DNA of 64,000 nt, from positions 1,612,001 to 1,676,000 of the forward strand of contig OX442314.1 of the NCBI GenBank assembly GCA_949358305.1. The letters run 5' to 3'. Position 1 is the first letter of the stretch. Each line of letters begins with the position of its first letter. The notes beneath the pieces are model-generated. The model saw only the letters and a list, made by a program, of their open reading frames with translations. It had not been told where the DNA came from and did no database searches. The translations under genes and the position numbers were made by a program. The stretch comes from Strigamia acuminata. Lineage: Eukaryota. Of this stretch, positions 35,256-47,776 are shown one piece after another.

Positions 35256-36262
35256 TCGCCCCGATTGATGATCGAAGCTGGGGGAGGGACGTGTGGTGAC
35301 CCCGCGGGTGGTCGTCCCTCCAGTGGACGCCATCCGCATGAGTCACTAGGAAAGGTCAGTTCCCTCGCGTTGGCTCCGCCTTCCCTCCCTGGGAAGCGCG
35401 TGCCCCGAGGGGGTGAGGTGGCGCGTGGCCGGCCCCCATTGGCCGAGCCAGGCCCCTCACCCTGGCCTATATCAGGTAGAGTTTCGCGCCCTACAAGCAG
35501 AACTTACACAAACGACACCAAGAACACAGCAACTACCTCACCGTCAGGCCAACTCCACCAAAAGTTAGGATTGATAGAGGACCGCTGATTCCAGTGCAAC
35601 TGTAACTCTCACGAATTTACACTGTGCGTTTATTTCCCGCGAAAGCAGGAAAATAACCCTTGTGAATTCACACCGAATAACCGACCCACGGTTATTCCAT
35701 CACTAAAGTGTCCGAGTGCCCTGTAAGAAACTCCTCGTTTCTGGACGGAGCCTTGCGACGCTAAAACCAACCCCTAGACAACAGGCACGGATAGAAGACT
35801 CGAAAGAGCATTCCACCGCGTCCGTGAACGACGAATCCGTGACGAATTAACGACAACTCGAGACGCCGCCTTTGTTCCGCCGACCACGCGGAACCGACGA
35901 CGCCATCTTGGGAAATCCTTTATTCGACTCTGACCAAGTCGACTCTAGTTTTATACTGAGTGTATTTTAAGGCTTACGCCTATTGAATAAACCTGTTTGT
36001 TCATTTACATATACTTAGTATTCATTTGGGTAATTTACATATTTAGTAGAATCACAGGTAAAGTAATACACGTTAGCTCATTAAACCTATCACCAGGTAG
36101 GACGCGACAATGTACTGTCCATTGCCGAACAGCTTCAGAGCCTTGCGGGTTCTTTTTTCAATTAATATTTCGCAGTGATTGCCTCGCCTGCCATCCCGTG
36201 TAATAATGCGACAGTAGCAAATCGATCGTGGCAAATATTGCCGAACAGAACAAGGACTGGAG

Positions 36263-36458
36263 ATGACGATGAAGACAGCACACTGGATTTTGGAGCTGTT
36301 TCCGGTCGCAGACCCCGCATATTTGCGGAGTTTTATCGAGAAATTCAAGAACGATGTGGATTACATAAACACGACGGTTTCCGGGTGGCTGGAGACTCGT
36401 TCTTATCCAAAGTTGGCCGAAACTCAAAGGGCGGCGACCAAGCGCAAATTTATGCGAA
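36263..36458 (+). pseudogene. Exon fragment resembling the UBA-like region of RNF216/TRIAD3-type E3 ligases
   Basis: ILELFPVADPAYL…WLETRSYPK matches a recalled 'FP.ADP.YL…L….YPK' pattern. Isolated, with no RING exons nearby. Confidence 0.35.
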
Positions 36459-37607
36459 GGTTTTCTTTTTGTTTTCAGTATTTTAAGTGGAAATAACTTT
36501 TGATTCATTTTTATTACGATTTTTCAAAAACAAAACCAAAAATAGCCAAAACTTGCCAAAATTGAACCAAAAGGGACCAATATTTCCAAACATGTGCAGA
36601 AATCGACAACAATGAGCAATAACCAACCTCAATCAACCAAATAAGATGGCGAAATCATGAAAGAACAAGCGCAAACACCCCAAATACCTCTTGCGCCTTT
36701 CAACAGCGCTCTTGGTCACTACCTTGGGGCCCATCCGGACTCGTGGGGGTCGGAAACGAGCAGCGCCTCTCGTCCATCTTGCCGTCATCTTTTCGCTCAG
36801 CCATCCGATCGGCCCAGCCACGCTCTCGCTCTCGCTCCGCAGCAGGTGAGCCTTGCGCTTCGCCTTGTACTCGCTGATGGTCGGCATCGCCGCTTGCTCT
36901 TCGGTGCCCTCGATTACGCCGAACGCTGTCCTGGCCTTTCGTCAGCTTCTCGTTCCATCCAGTTCTCGGGCCCGGATCCAGCCCGGGATGTTTGAAATGG
37001 CGGTGGAGATGGCGGGCCAAGCGTGCCGCCGATGATTGTGCCACACAACAAATTGAATTGCCGGCACGGATGCTGTAACGCTCCACCAAGTTGCCTAGAA
37101 GAAACCAAATGAATTTGCGATTTCGGACGACTCGACCTGTTGTCAAGAGCTAATCGTTTTTAATCAGCTCCAATAGTTTATCTTAAACGTTGTAAACTGC
37201 TCGTTTGACAAGCTTTAAGTTAATCTTTTAAACTTTATTTAAAAGCCAATAAAAATAATCCTTGCTTCCCTGCAATGCTTCAAAATAATTGCTCGTCCTA
37301 AAACTAGAAATTTCAATTTCATGTTCACGAATAAACAAACGTGAAAATAAATGACATTTGATTCACGCGGCCAGGACCACGAAATAAAAATTGTTTTTTA
37401 TCTTTTTTCATTTAAATTCAAGCATTTGCAATGTGCATACAGTTTGTAGTTTGTGTCTTTGTTGTATCGTGTTTAGTTCAAATATTGTCACTAGTCGGCG
37501 GTATTATGCACTTTTAGTTTCTATGGCAACCTCCTGCTTGCACTATCTGATTGTATTTTGGCCTATCTCACCTTTTCATTCTTCCTCGATTAAATACATG
37601 TTTATTA

Positions 37608-38781
37608 CACTGGAAAAAAAAGCATATTTCCAAACATTTCCAAGTTGAAAATTTATATGGAAAAGTTGAATTTACTATGATGCGGAAATTTGTTGGAAAT
37701 ATGTTGGAAATATTTATATATTTCCAAACTTCTGAAAATGTGTAGTAAATCCTAGAGATGAAAAGTCATATTTTCAATTAGTTGTAAATCTGTTGTTTGA
37801 AATGTTGTTTCCAATCAATTTTCTTTTGGATGGAAATGTATTGTAAACTTCATTTCACAATGATTGTAAAAATAATGTAAAAGCAAGAAAATACCTGAAA
37901 TTTAAATGTAACATTTAAATATCTGAAATATAACAAAAACAAGGTAAAATACAGTCAGGAACAATAAAATTGTATCAAATTTGAACTCAGAAGAGAAAAT
38001 AATGTATAAAACGGTCCAATTTCGAACCGACATGGACAATTTGAAATCGGGCCAATCAGGGCGCAGGGACGGAAAAATTCGTGTCGATGAAACGTACCGT
38101 CGATGAAACAATCCGTCTCCAAGAGTCGGATTGTTTCATCGACGGTAATCAATGTGAGATTGATTGTATTTTTAATACAATGAATCTCAAATAGATTATT
38201 TAACAAAGAAGTTACTATTTATAGGAAGTTATGCATAAAAGTATTACAAGCCATACTAGCCTCGTGGATAGGGCAGTGGTCTTTAGAACAAAGGATCCCT
38301 GGTTCAAATCTGGCAGAGGTCAAGGTAAGAAAAAAGAAAACTATAAGATTAAAATAAATTTAAATAAAACTGCTAATAAAACATGAAAATTGTGATCAAA
38401 TCAATGAAAACTAATTGTTGAATGGTGTTTGAAAAAAAAAATCAAACAGCTTTAAAAAAAAAAAAAATTGAGTTTGTGTATTTAAATTTTTCAAAATGGA
38501 GGGTAGTAGATTTTTTTATTGGAAATATATTGAAAATATATTGGAAATATAATGGAAATACATTGGAAATATATTGTGAAATTTTAGAATTACACAATTG
38601 AAAATGTTGGTAAAGTTATTGTAAAAAAAGTCACGGAAATGGTCTCTTTCCGGATTGTAAATATGTTTGGAAAAGACTTATTTTCAATTGTTTGTAAATC
38701 TAATTTACAAACTTGTAAAATCCATCTAACTATAAATTTACAATTCTTTACAAACGAGTAAATCTGATTTTTTTTCCAGTG
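37608..38781. mobile_element. Non-autonomous CMC/EnSpm-like DNA transposon
   Basis: TIRs CACTGGAAAAAAAA…TTTTTTTTCCAGTG, flanked by TTA on both sides. Internal tRNA-like fragment at ~38255-38320. Confidence 0.75.
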
Positions 38782-39079
38782 TTACGTGTGAAAGGTTCCA
38801 AAGTGAAAGCAGATTAAGGTAAAGATAGGAGAATAGATAAATCACATTTTTGTTTGGGTAATATTGGATTTTTTTTTCCGGTTTATAAAGTTCAGCGCAA
38901 TCGTGCGTAGAACGTTAGGCCTAACTCTCCTAACTGAATACGACCCATTAGAGGCGATACCCTAACTTTCCCAACCGCGTTTTTTCTGTTCGGAGTGTAC
39001 ACATACAAATATTATTTAAAGCGTATCCAAATAAGTTAATCACTTTCGAACTAATTATTTTAATTTTTTTTCATTTCAG

Positions 39080-40000
39080 AATCATTGTGTTGAAAAATCA
39101 CATGACTGTCCACATGAGAATTCACACTGGAGAAAAATCATTCAAGTGCCATTTGTGGTGACCACGAGGTCACAAAAGTGTTTTAATTAATCATAACTTA
39201 ATAAATAGTAATTTTAATATTGATAGTAAAATGATTGTCAGATTATTGCGGGAAAACTAGCTATACTAGTTTTACCGTTTCTGCGGGACTGACGTGACAA
39301 CGTCATAGATTTGCATAATTCCCCGAATTTATGCAAATACGTCATTTCCGGTCCAGCCACTATTTAAACCCGTATCTGACCGGAAACCCCCACTTTATAG
39401 ATACCAGAGCAACATTAGCATCACCACCTCACCGTCAGGCCGTTTTACCGGATTGATAGAGGATCGATGCCCGTTGCCAAATTCATCTATAAATCACAGT
39501 CACAGATATTTATCGTAGCAATACTACGATAGTAATATCTACCGAAGCGAAGCGTTTGCGAACACGTGTTTCGCCAGACGCCATTACCCTAGACAACAGA
39601 AACCACGTGTAAGACTGCCGTGCAGCAACAAATCGTATCCGCCGACAAGGATCCGAGACCACAACATTGTTAAGTATATTTGTATTATATTACAAGTGTG
39701 AAATAAAAGGTTATTATTGTAAGATATTGTGTAAGTTTATTTACCGGAATCAAGGTTACGACACATTTGTGTGATTATTCTTGCAATCAAAGTGGGCATT
39801 TAAGAAGACATTTATTAACCCACACTAGAGAAAAACCATTCAAGTGCCATTTGTGTCATTATTCTTGCAATCAAAGTCAGAATTTAAGAAGCCATCTATT
39901 AACCCACACCGGAGAAAAACCGTTCAAGTGTCACTTGTGTGCTTATTCGTCTAGCCGAAATGATACTTTGAAAAAACATTTAAGTAGGCACAGAAATTAA
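39080..40000 (+). pseudogene. C2H2 zinc-finger array exon disrupted by a solo LTR
   Basis: HMRIHTGEKSFKCH|LTR|LCDYSCNQSGHLRRHLLTHTREKPFKC…HTGEKPFKC; TGEKP linkers. Confidence 0.8.
39154..39763 (+). mobile_element. Solo LTR (610 bp) related to the Gypsy element 2 LTR
   Basis: TGTGGTGACC…TTACGACA with 4-bp TSD CATT. Shares cctcaccgtcaggcc, ggattgatagagga and ccctagacaacag with 35292-36109. Confidence 0.88.
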
Positions 40001-40064
40001 AAGATCTTGTAATGTTCATTCCGTTCAAAAATTTTTAATTGAAAACGGTTGATTTCTGCTTTAA

Positions 40065-40496
40065 CCCTTCCAACCCTGAGATGGGTCATTTTGTGACCCC
40101 GTTTTAAAAAAATCATTTTTTTTATAAGAAATAATTTTTTTTTTCATTTGATTTTTGCTGACTATTCTTTTGAAACATCACTAGACACTATACCACAGTT
40201 GAAATTTTTTTAATTTTTTAAGTTTTTTTATAATTTGAACTCAAAGTTCAACTGGGTCAAAAAAGACCCATCTTAGGAGTCCAAAGGTCATAAATGATGA
40301 TCATCAGCAGGCTCCCCTAATTTCAATCATGTCCACCACGTCCATATGGCGTTCACTACATGTGTAGTTAATCTAACCCCATTGGCTAGATGTTAGGAAT
40401 TCCCTAAAACCCGGATCTTGCGCATGCGCAGAATCTGGGTCATATAATGCCCATCTTAGGGAGAGATGGGAGGCAAATTCTTTCGGGTTGGAAGGG
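40065..40496. mobile_element. piggyBac-type MITE (432 bp)
   Basis: TTAA|CCCTTCCAACCC…GGGTTGGAAGGG|TTAA. Confidence 0.88.
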
Positions 40497-41438
40497 TTAA
40501 TTAGAGCAATTCAATGTTTACCCTTTTGAAAATAGCATTATCAGCTGGAAAAATTTAGAAAAAGTAAATCTGTAGATTTGTATATTTTTTTGCTTAATTT
40601 ACAAGTTTTGAAAATCAAACAAAACACACGTATCTTCTTTCTGCCATTTTTAAATTGGTTTTTCCCATTTTTAACTAGATGTTACCATGTTTAATTATTT
40701 TAAATTAGATTTTGCTGTTTTTCTTCATTTTCAATTAGATTTTGACATTTTTCTGTTTTAAATTGGAGTTTGACATTTTTCTGTGTTTTAGATTAGATTT
40801 TGTTAATTTTATTCATTTTCAATTAAAATTTGTCATTTGCCAGCTTTAAGATTTTCCAGCTTTTCTCTTTGAATGATTTTTTGGTTTTTATGTTTTTCTC
40901 ATTTCATTTCCAATTTTAATAAACGATGCACACATACTTTTATGATTACAACCAGTCCGATCCGCACAGGAACCTAAAACTTCATTTATAAAATGCGTAC
41001 ACACACATACAAATTTTGTTCAAGGCGGATCAATGAAATCCTGTCAGATTTTAGGAAAATTCCTCCTGCTGCCGGTAGTCTGCGCTTTGCGCCGTTGCGC
41101 AGTTCGACCGCCAGGCCTTTAATGGCGTCGTTTCTCGAGTAGCGAACGTGGTAGAAATGTAAAAAACGATGGCACTGCTCGTTAACAGCTTGCGATTCGG
41201 ATCAAACACTGTTTTCAGAGACTACCGAAAGGTTCTGTTCAAGAATTGACGGAGATAGCCCGGGTTTCGTCGTACCATGGAAGAACCGAGCGAGGACATT
41301 CGTGCAACAGGAAAGACTCGTCGCGCTTGGCCACTGTCACTCGACCCAGCCTGAGCGGCCACAACGACGGCAGTACGTGCAAATGCGGAGCTAATTCGAT
41401 TGAAAATGTAATGAAAAGTCAACGTAACTTTATTTCAG

Positions 41439-42360
41439 ACCGTGTTTGATTCATCGGAGCCCGAAAAGCTGCGCCGAGCGAGGACTCGCTGCAATCCGTA
41501 CGAAATTATCCGCAGACTCATTTTCCTAAACCGGTAAATTGCAACTCTCGAATTTTCTCTTCCTTTTGACCGTTTATTCTTACTTTCGGACAGAGAGCGG
41601 CCATGAAGATGGCCAACATGGACTGTATGTTGGAGAACATGTTCACCAACCCCCTCATCGAAACTGTAGTGAGTTTATTATTAAGAATTAAACAAAACAA
41701 AAATTAATTAATTAATCGAAAATGAAATGAGGAAGCGGCGGTCGGATCCAACGAGCTGCTCTACTTCGCCCACATTTGCGCCGGAAGAAATGGGAAACCA
41801 AAGGTTTCGGATTCACGCTCAAAGGATCCAACGATTTCAAATTAGACGGCTTTTTCGCCGGACCACCGGGACTTTGGAACCGTACTACGGTCGACTCTCT
41901 TCAATTGAAATGAAAACGAAAACTGAAGAAACAAATGCGCTTTTCAGGTGTCCACGGCATCAACGGCGACGGAAACATTTTTTCGCCCGGAAATTTGAGA
42001 GAATTTCGTCGTTTCGTGTTCGACAACACGGGCGTCCATTTCGTCACGGCCGACGAGGTAAAAAATAAACGAAATTTTGATAAATTTAAAATTTAAAATT
42101 TAAAATTAAAATTTGTCTTAATTCAGGGCTTTTCCGTGAAAGGTCAAGAGAACAGGCAGGAGATTTTATCGAAGCAGTTGTACCTGTGCCAGTTTGATTG
42201 CGCATTAAGGTATAGATTAAAATTAAATTAAATTTAAAAATAAATGGAATTAAATTAGGCGGCCATTTTGTGTGTAAATTGTTCGATCTGACTGATTTAT
42301 CTATTGTACAGGGTGTTCATCGCCAAACTCAACACGAGTCGTCCCGCAAATTCTGAAAGG
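41439..42360 (+). pseudogene. CMTR1: Cap-specific mRNA 2'-O-methyltransferase 1 pseudogene (spliced, partial)
   Basis: RRARTRCNPYEIIR.LIFLNR|AAMKMANMD…MFTNP; ELLYFAHICAG with the following PGGFSEY motif deleted and a frameshift; [48 protein letters not shown]. Confidence 0.88.
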
Positions 42361-42789
42361 TGAGCAATTTATTTCAAATTTCACAACCGCCATCATTTTG
42401 GGTGGCGCTAGTGGGCAAACGGGATTTACATGCAGTCGTGGCTTTAAATGTGTTTGTTTATGCTGGAAAAAAACGAATTTCTCATTTCAGTTACCGGTAT
42501 GTAATTAATTTTTAGCTTTTATTGAGTGTTACAGAGTCACTCTGGTGGGAATAATTATTATTAACAGAAATTTGTTGACGTCGATTCCAACCAATAGGGA
42601 TGCTTTCCCTTCGCTTAGCAACAGCACGTGTTTGTGGTGTTCTTCATTCCATTTCGTGCATTTATTTGTGTTTATTTGGTCTACTGCCTCGTCAGGCCCC
42701 AAATTACAACCTATAAGCAAGGAACTGGATTCAGATTGGTTTGATTTTAGCTAATTTTGATAAACTCTTTATTCTTTGTTCTTTATTCC

Positions 42790-43000
42790 AACTCGTTTTG
42801 AAAACACTTCCATGTTCCTTACCAAATCTGCCAGTAATGTTGGCAACCATCAGATCTGTCCATTTTGAACTTTTTTTCATCAGAAAATATAATTTGGTGC
42901 CATTCAGCAGCCCATGTTTGGTGATCTTTGGAGGTGGTGGAAATGTTAAGTTTTGGGATGCATTCTGCTGTAAGAGAAAGACCACCTGTTGAATTTGCAT
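42790..43000 (-). mobile_element. Degraded Tc1/mariner transposase fragment
   Basis: WHQIIFSDEKKFKMDRSDG..HYW with stops and frameshifts. Confidence 0.65.
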
Positions 43001-43425
43001 AAGTTTAAATCAATACAAATTTACCAAACAAATTTCCAAAGTCCTGGATACAAGTGGATGAATAAAGTTGAGATGTTGGTGAAACTCAAAGATGGCGTTG
43101 GAGCAATTAAGAACACGACTACACGTTTTAGAGGTAAAAAGTACACTAATTTTATTCTATTTTAAACAAAGCAAAATGGGTAAAGGAATGTAGATGACAC
43201 GTTTAGAGCACCAATGAAAACGGTGCTCACAAGTTAGGGAAAACCCCACTAATTAAAGGATCAACGTGGGGTAAAAACCTTGGACAAACCTGGAACAGGT
43301 CAATACACTCAAAATAGAAAATAAAACATATTGAAGCATAAAAATGAGAAATACAACAACAATATCAAAATTACTGAATTCAATTGTAAATGGTAAAATA
43401 TCAATATAAAGCAATAACACATTAA

Positions 43426-44896
43426 AGGTCATGGGAAGAGAAATGAAAAATTTCTCCCAAGTGTTTGAAATAGCCTAAAAAAGGGTTATGTACCCACTTT
43501 AGTTGACAAACTTACGTGGTATTGTTTAAAACTGCTGTTTAAATTCGAACCGAGCAGTAATTGTTCCGCCATTACGATTTTCCAAAGTTTATACATACCG
43601 CCACTAGGTGGCATTATTTTTACGTCATCGACGACAAACAAGCATGGGATTTCCAGCACCGATTCGCGATTTCAGCATGTTTTTTAGTGAAAATTACCAG
43701 AAAAATAGAAAATCACAGCAAATAACCAAAAATACCAGCAAACAAAAATTTTAAAAAAATTTAAAAAAATAAAAATAGCCAAAAATTACCAAAATAACCA
43801 AAAATTACCAAAATAACCAAAAATTACCAAAATAACCAAAAGTAACACCAAATAACAACAAAAAATTACCAAAGATAACAGAAAATCATCAAAAATTACC
43901 AAAAAAAAATTGCAAAGAACAGCAAATAACAAAAAAAAATTGATAGTTTTAGGATTTAGTGTATTATTTTGGCGGTGATGGGTTGGCAGTAAAAACCTTA
44001 GCGGTTTGGAATGGGTGATGGTGTTGTGTTGATGTTAAACGATTTTTAAATGCAGCTGTTGTGTACTTTTTAAAAATCTTCATAAAAACCATGTTAAATC
44101 AAAATAAATTAGGCGCATTCAATTCCAAATTACCAAAATCCGATTTCCAAAACTTGATTACAGAATCGGTTTTTAACTTTGAAGGAGTTAAAAACCGATT
44201 CTATATATATTCTATATATTCAAGTTTTTGATTATCTATTTAAATTATTATTTAAAATAAATTTATTTAAGACCTGAGAATCGACCAAACACCGCCCGCA
44301 TTTGTGCGATCGAATGCGGCGGGTGTTTGGCCGCATTCAATCGCGCAAATGCAGCCAAACACCCGCCGCATTTGCGCGATCGAAAGCAGCCAAACACCCG
44401 CCGCATTTGCGCGATCGAAAGCAGCCAAACACTCGCCGCTTTCGATTGCACAAATACGGCGGGTGTTTGGCTGTATTCGATCGCGCAAATGCGGCAGGTG
44501 TAAAAATCGATCGGTACTGTTTTACACCAAAAAATTTTCGGAGGTTGAAATCTTTAACAGCCATGTTTTTTTGTCAAAATATGCTGTTACCAGTTATTTT
44601 TTAAAATTTCCCGGGGGTCGAAACTTCTAAAATCAATGTTTTTTGGCCTAAAATTGGCTGGTAACACTACTTCGAATGTGTGCGTGGTGTTGTTGTTTGT
44701 CGCCGATGACGTAGCAATCCCACAATGCATTGCACAAAATGGTTCCTTTTTTGAAATGGTGATAACAAGATTTGATCATCTAAAACAACAAATTCTTTAT
44801 TATTTTGTAAGTTATTCATTTAAAATGGGTACGTAACCTTTTTAAAGGTTATTTCAAAGCTATTAGAGAAATTTTTCATTTCTCTTCCCATGACCT
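43426..44896. mobile_element. Non-autonomous Kolobok-like element containing a nested palindromic tandem repeat (44290-44500)
   Basis: TTAA|AGGTCATGGGAAGAGAAATGAAAAATTTCTC, with the exact inverse followed by TTAA at the right end. Confidence 0.8.
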
Positions 44897-45049
44897 TTAA
44901 AGTGGAAAATGGAAGTACAAATAGCAATTTAAACAATAGTATATTTAACACGTAAAATCACTCGATTTTCACACCACCCTGTACTTTATTTCTGGTAGGA
45001 TGTATTCTGATATGTATTAAGATGTGTTTAATTCACATTTAAAACCCTG

Positions 45050-45230
45050 GATGATAAGAATTGCTGGACAAAAGGCCATCTTTCAACAGGTAATGCTCCC
45101 ATCCATGTATTTAAGGCAACATTGGTGGGAAGAAATTGATCAAATGGTTCTTTCAAAACTAGTTGATGGGATGAAAGATTGAATTTATAGACTAATTGAA
45201 CATAAGGGAGGTATCACAGGGTATTGAAAA
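45050..45230 (+). mobile_element. Degraded Tc1/mariner transposase C-terminal fragment
   Basis: IFQQ.NAPIH and WEEIDQ…LVDGM…KGGITGY* remnants. Confidence 0.55.
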
Positions 45231-47776
45231 TGTATAAATCTGCAATTTTCACAATGCGTGATAATAATTTTGTGCAAGTAAAAATCTACAAATGCCAGAA
45301 ATATCAATATTTCGGTAAAATATTACTGCGTAGCAGTGTAAATAACAGGAAAAAAAGATGTATTTAAAATTGCATGTGTCTGAAACCAAAATTTTTGTTT
45401 TTAACTTTTTCAGGTTTTATAAAATCCATCAATTTTTATTTTTCTATTTTTTCGCATGTTGTGGGTGTTTTTAAATTTAAACCAACTCAATTTGAGGCTA
45501 AAACGTTGAGTTAACGTTTTGTGCAAGTATTGTGTACGTATTGTTCACGTATTGTGAACATATCGTTCATGCTATTTCAACCGATCATATTGACCGGTTT
45601 CGGCCGTTGTCTTATTTCTTACTCCGTATTATTTTTTAAGAAAAATGCCAGGTTTGCTGATTTATGATGTAAAGCATCATAAATCAGCTAAAGTCAAGAA
45701 ATAACACAGTTGTAAACCCATTGGGTTTACTGCTACAGCTGTTGTAAACAGCTGTACCGGTCATTTTGACTGGTTTGGCCCTTCTAGTGTTAATGTCACT
45801 TAATTGCCTTCTTGTCTTTTCCTTATCTAAATGGTCGCTTGGTAAACTTTAATTTCCTTTGCTATTTCTTGAATTCAAAGTTGCCGAAACCCTTTTTCTT
45901 TGAATTGCGTTCTGTCTTTGACTCCACAAAGGAAATTAAACACAATGTTATCCTCATGCTGTATTTCCTCTGTAGCATGTTTTTCTCATGCAGTTTTGTT
46001 TCGAACGGTTATGAAATACAGTACAAGGAGCAGACAAATAAAGAGGAGGATAATTATTTTGCTGTCAAAGTCTCTTTCTGAAAGAAATGTCATGAATTGT
46101 GCTATTTCACTTGCCAAAATGCTTTACCTTTGAATTGTTATTGCGCGTTGTTAGTTCGCCCTTTTCCCTTGCTTTTGCTGTTTTTATGTGGCGCTCGTTT
46201 CTGTTGTGTCAGAAGAATCTACTTTATTCTACAGTATATTCTATATTCTATATTATTGACATGTGTGCGCTAAGTTTTGCCTCTAATAACCATAAGATAA
46301 TTTGACGAAGACTTTATTACATATTTTATTCGTTCTGAAACACTAACATACAATATCATTATTGTATCGCTATGCAACATATCTGAAATCAACAGTTTCC
46401 TTGTCCTTTTGAAATTCTAGAAGTGGAATTAAATTTAATGACGCGACACAACACAATTTTGATAAGTCCTTGATAATAACTATCGGTATTTTAATTTCCA
46501 ATTTCTAATAATTCAATATCTTTATGCCCTTGTCCTTCTTTTTAAGTTTCCCCATTCAGGTATTGGAATTTTGGCTGATAGTATTTTTAAAAAAAATCTC
46601 TAGTCACACCAGTGATGTAGCCAAGTCATCCCACTTGTGACGTGAAATGGGGATGTTAAAGTTTGCTTTACGGACGTGGATGACGGATAACGATTCTGAA
46701 CAAAACTGCTGATGTGGTCTTGATGGAATTAGGTTTTGAGGTGGGTTTGGTCTGGGGCCCTGAAGTGGTCGTAAATTCATCAGCAATAAATCAAGACTAA
46801 TTAGGCAATTGTCATTGCAGACAGCCATTTTTGTGGGAATTTTGTTTGTTGTTTTTGGTTTTGTTTTTGTTTGTTTTTGAGTTGGTTTGCTTGGGTGTTA
46901 CATGTGGTTTAGTGGGTTGTGTTTGCGGCAGTTGGTGGTTTTTTTTAAAGAAGATGATTGAATTTGAATAAAATTTAAAGGAAAACGATTGAAATTTTCT
47001 AAATTTAACAAAATAGCGGATTTACATTCTCCATTAAAAAAAAGGTATCTTAAAAACAACAAGATTGTAATTACGTTTTTAAAATCGAATATTACAATCA
47101 ATTCTTTGAAATTAAAATCAATCAAATAACAAACCAGTAACTGCGTGTAACTCAAGTTTACACATCCAAATCGATGCAATACCAATTCACAAAATCCCTT
47201 ACCCATTTCAACAACCCAATTCATCCAACTTTGCTAAATTTAATTGAAAAACATCAACTATTTATAAAACACAAAACTTCACCAGTGAAACGCAGTGAAG
47301 CTCAAGGGGCAACCGAAATCGTTAGTCCAGCTAAAATTATGAAGTTGTGAAATGTTGCCGCAAAGCCTGTAACCCGATTTTATGTTAATCATAATTATAT
47401 TTTATTCCTAAAGGAGCGGAAAAGGGCTTGGATTTCATAGCCAGATAAATAAATAAATAAAATATTATTTGATGTGCTTGTATCAGAAACTAAAGCTGTT
47501 TAGACTTTTTAGATCCATTTTTACACTTTTCCAAAATCACTGGATTTACTATTCTTTTATTACTGTTAATACATAGGGGCATGTCATCTAGCATGTAAAT
47601 ATAAATATAATCCGCGAATTGATTTTGGGCAATACCGCAATCTAAACAAGCGCAACACATTATACAGCGAATTGCAAACAAAAGCAAAAAAACTCAAAAT
47701 AACCTAAAATAAAAACAAACAAAAATGAAAGTATTGAAAGTATTCCCTGCAAAATATGGATTTTCCATGCAAAATA

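Larger units (their letters stand above)
29393..36109 (+). mobile_element. 3' part of Gypsy/Ty3 LTR retrotransposon 2 (pol end, accessory gene, PPT, 3' LTR at 35292-36109)
   Basis: Integrase ORF. PPT ggggagggac at 35281-35290. LTR TGTGGTGACC…GCGACA shares blocks with the solo LTR at 39154. Confidence 0.8.

Noticed and set aside
36633..37146. GC-rich patch with several short overlapping ORFs
   Set aside because: No recognisable domain or consistent frame.
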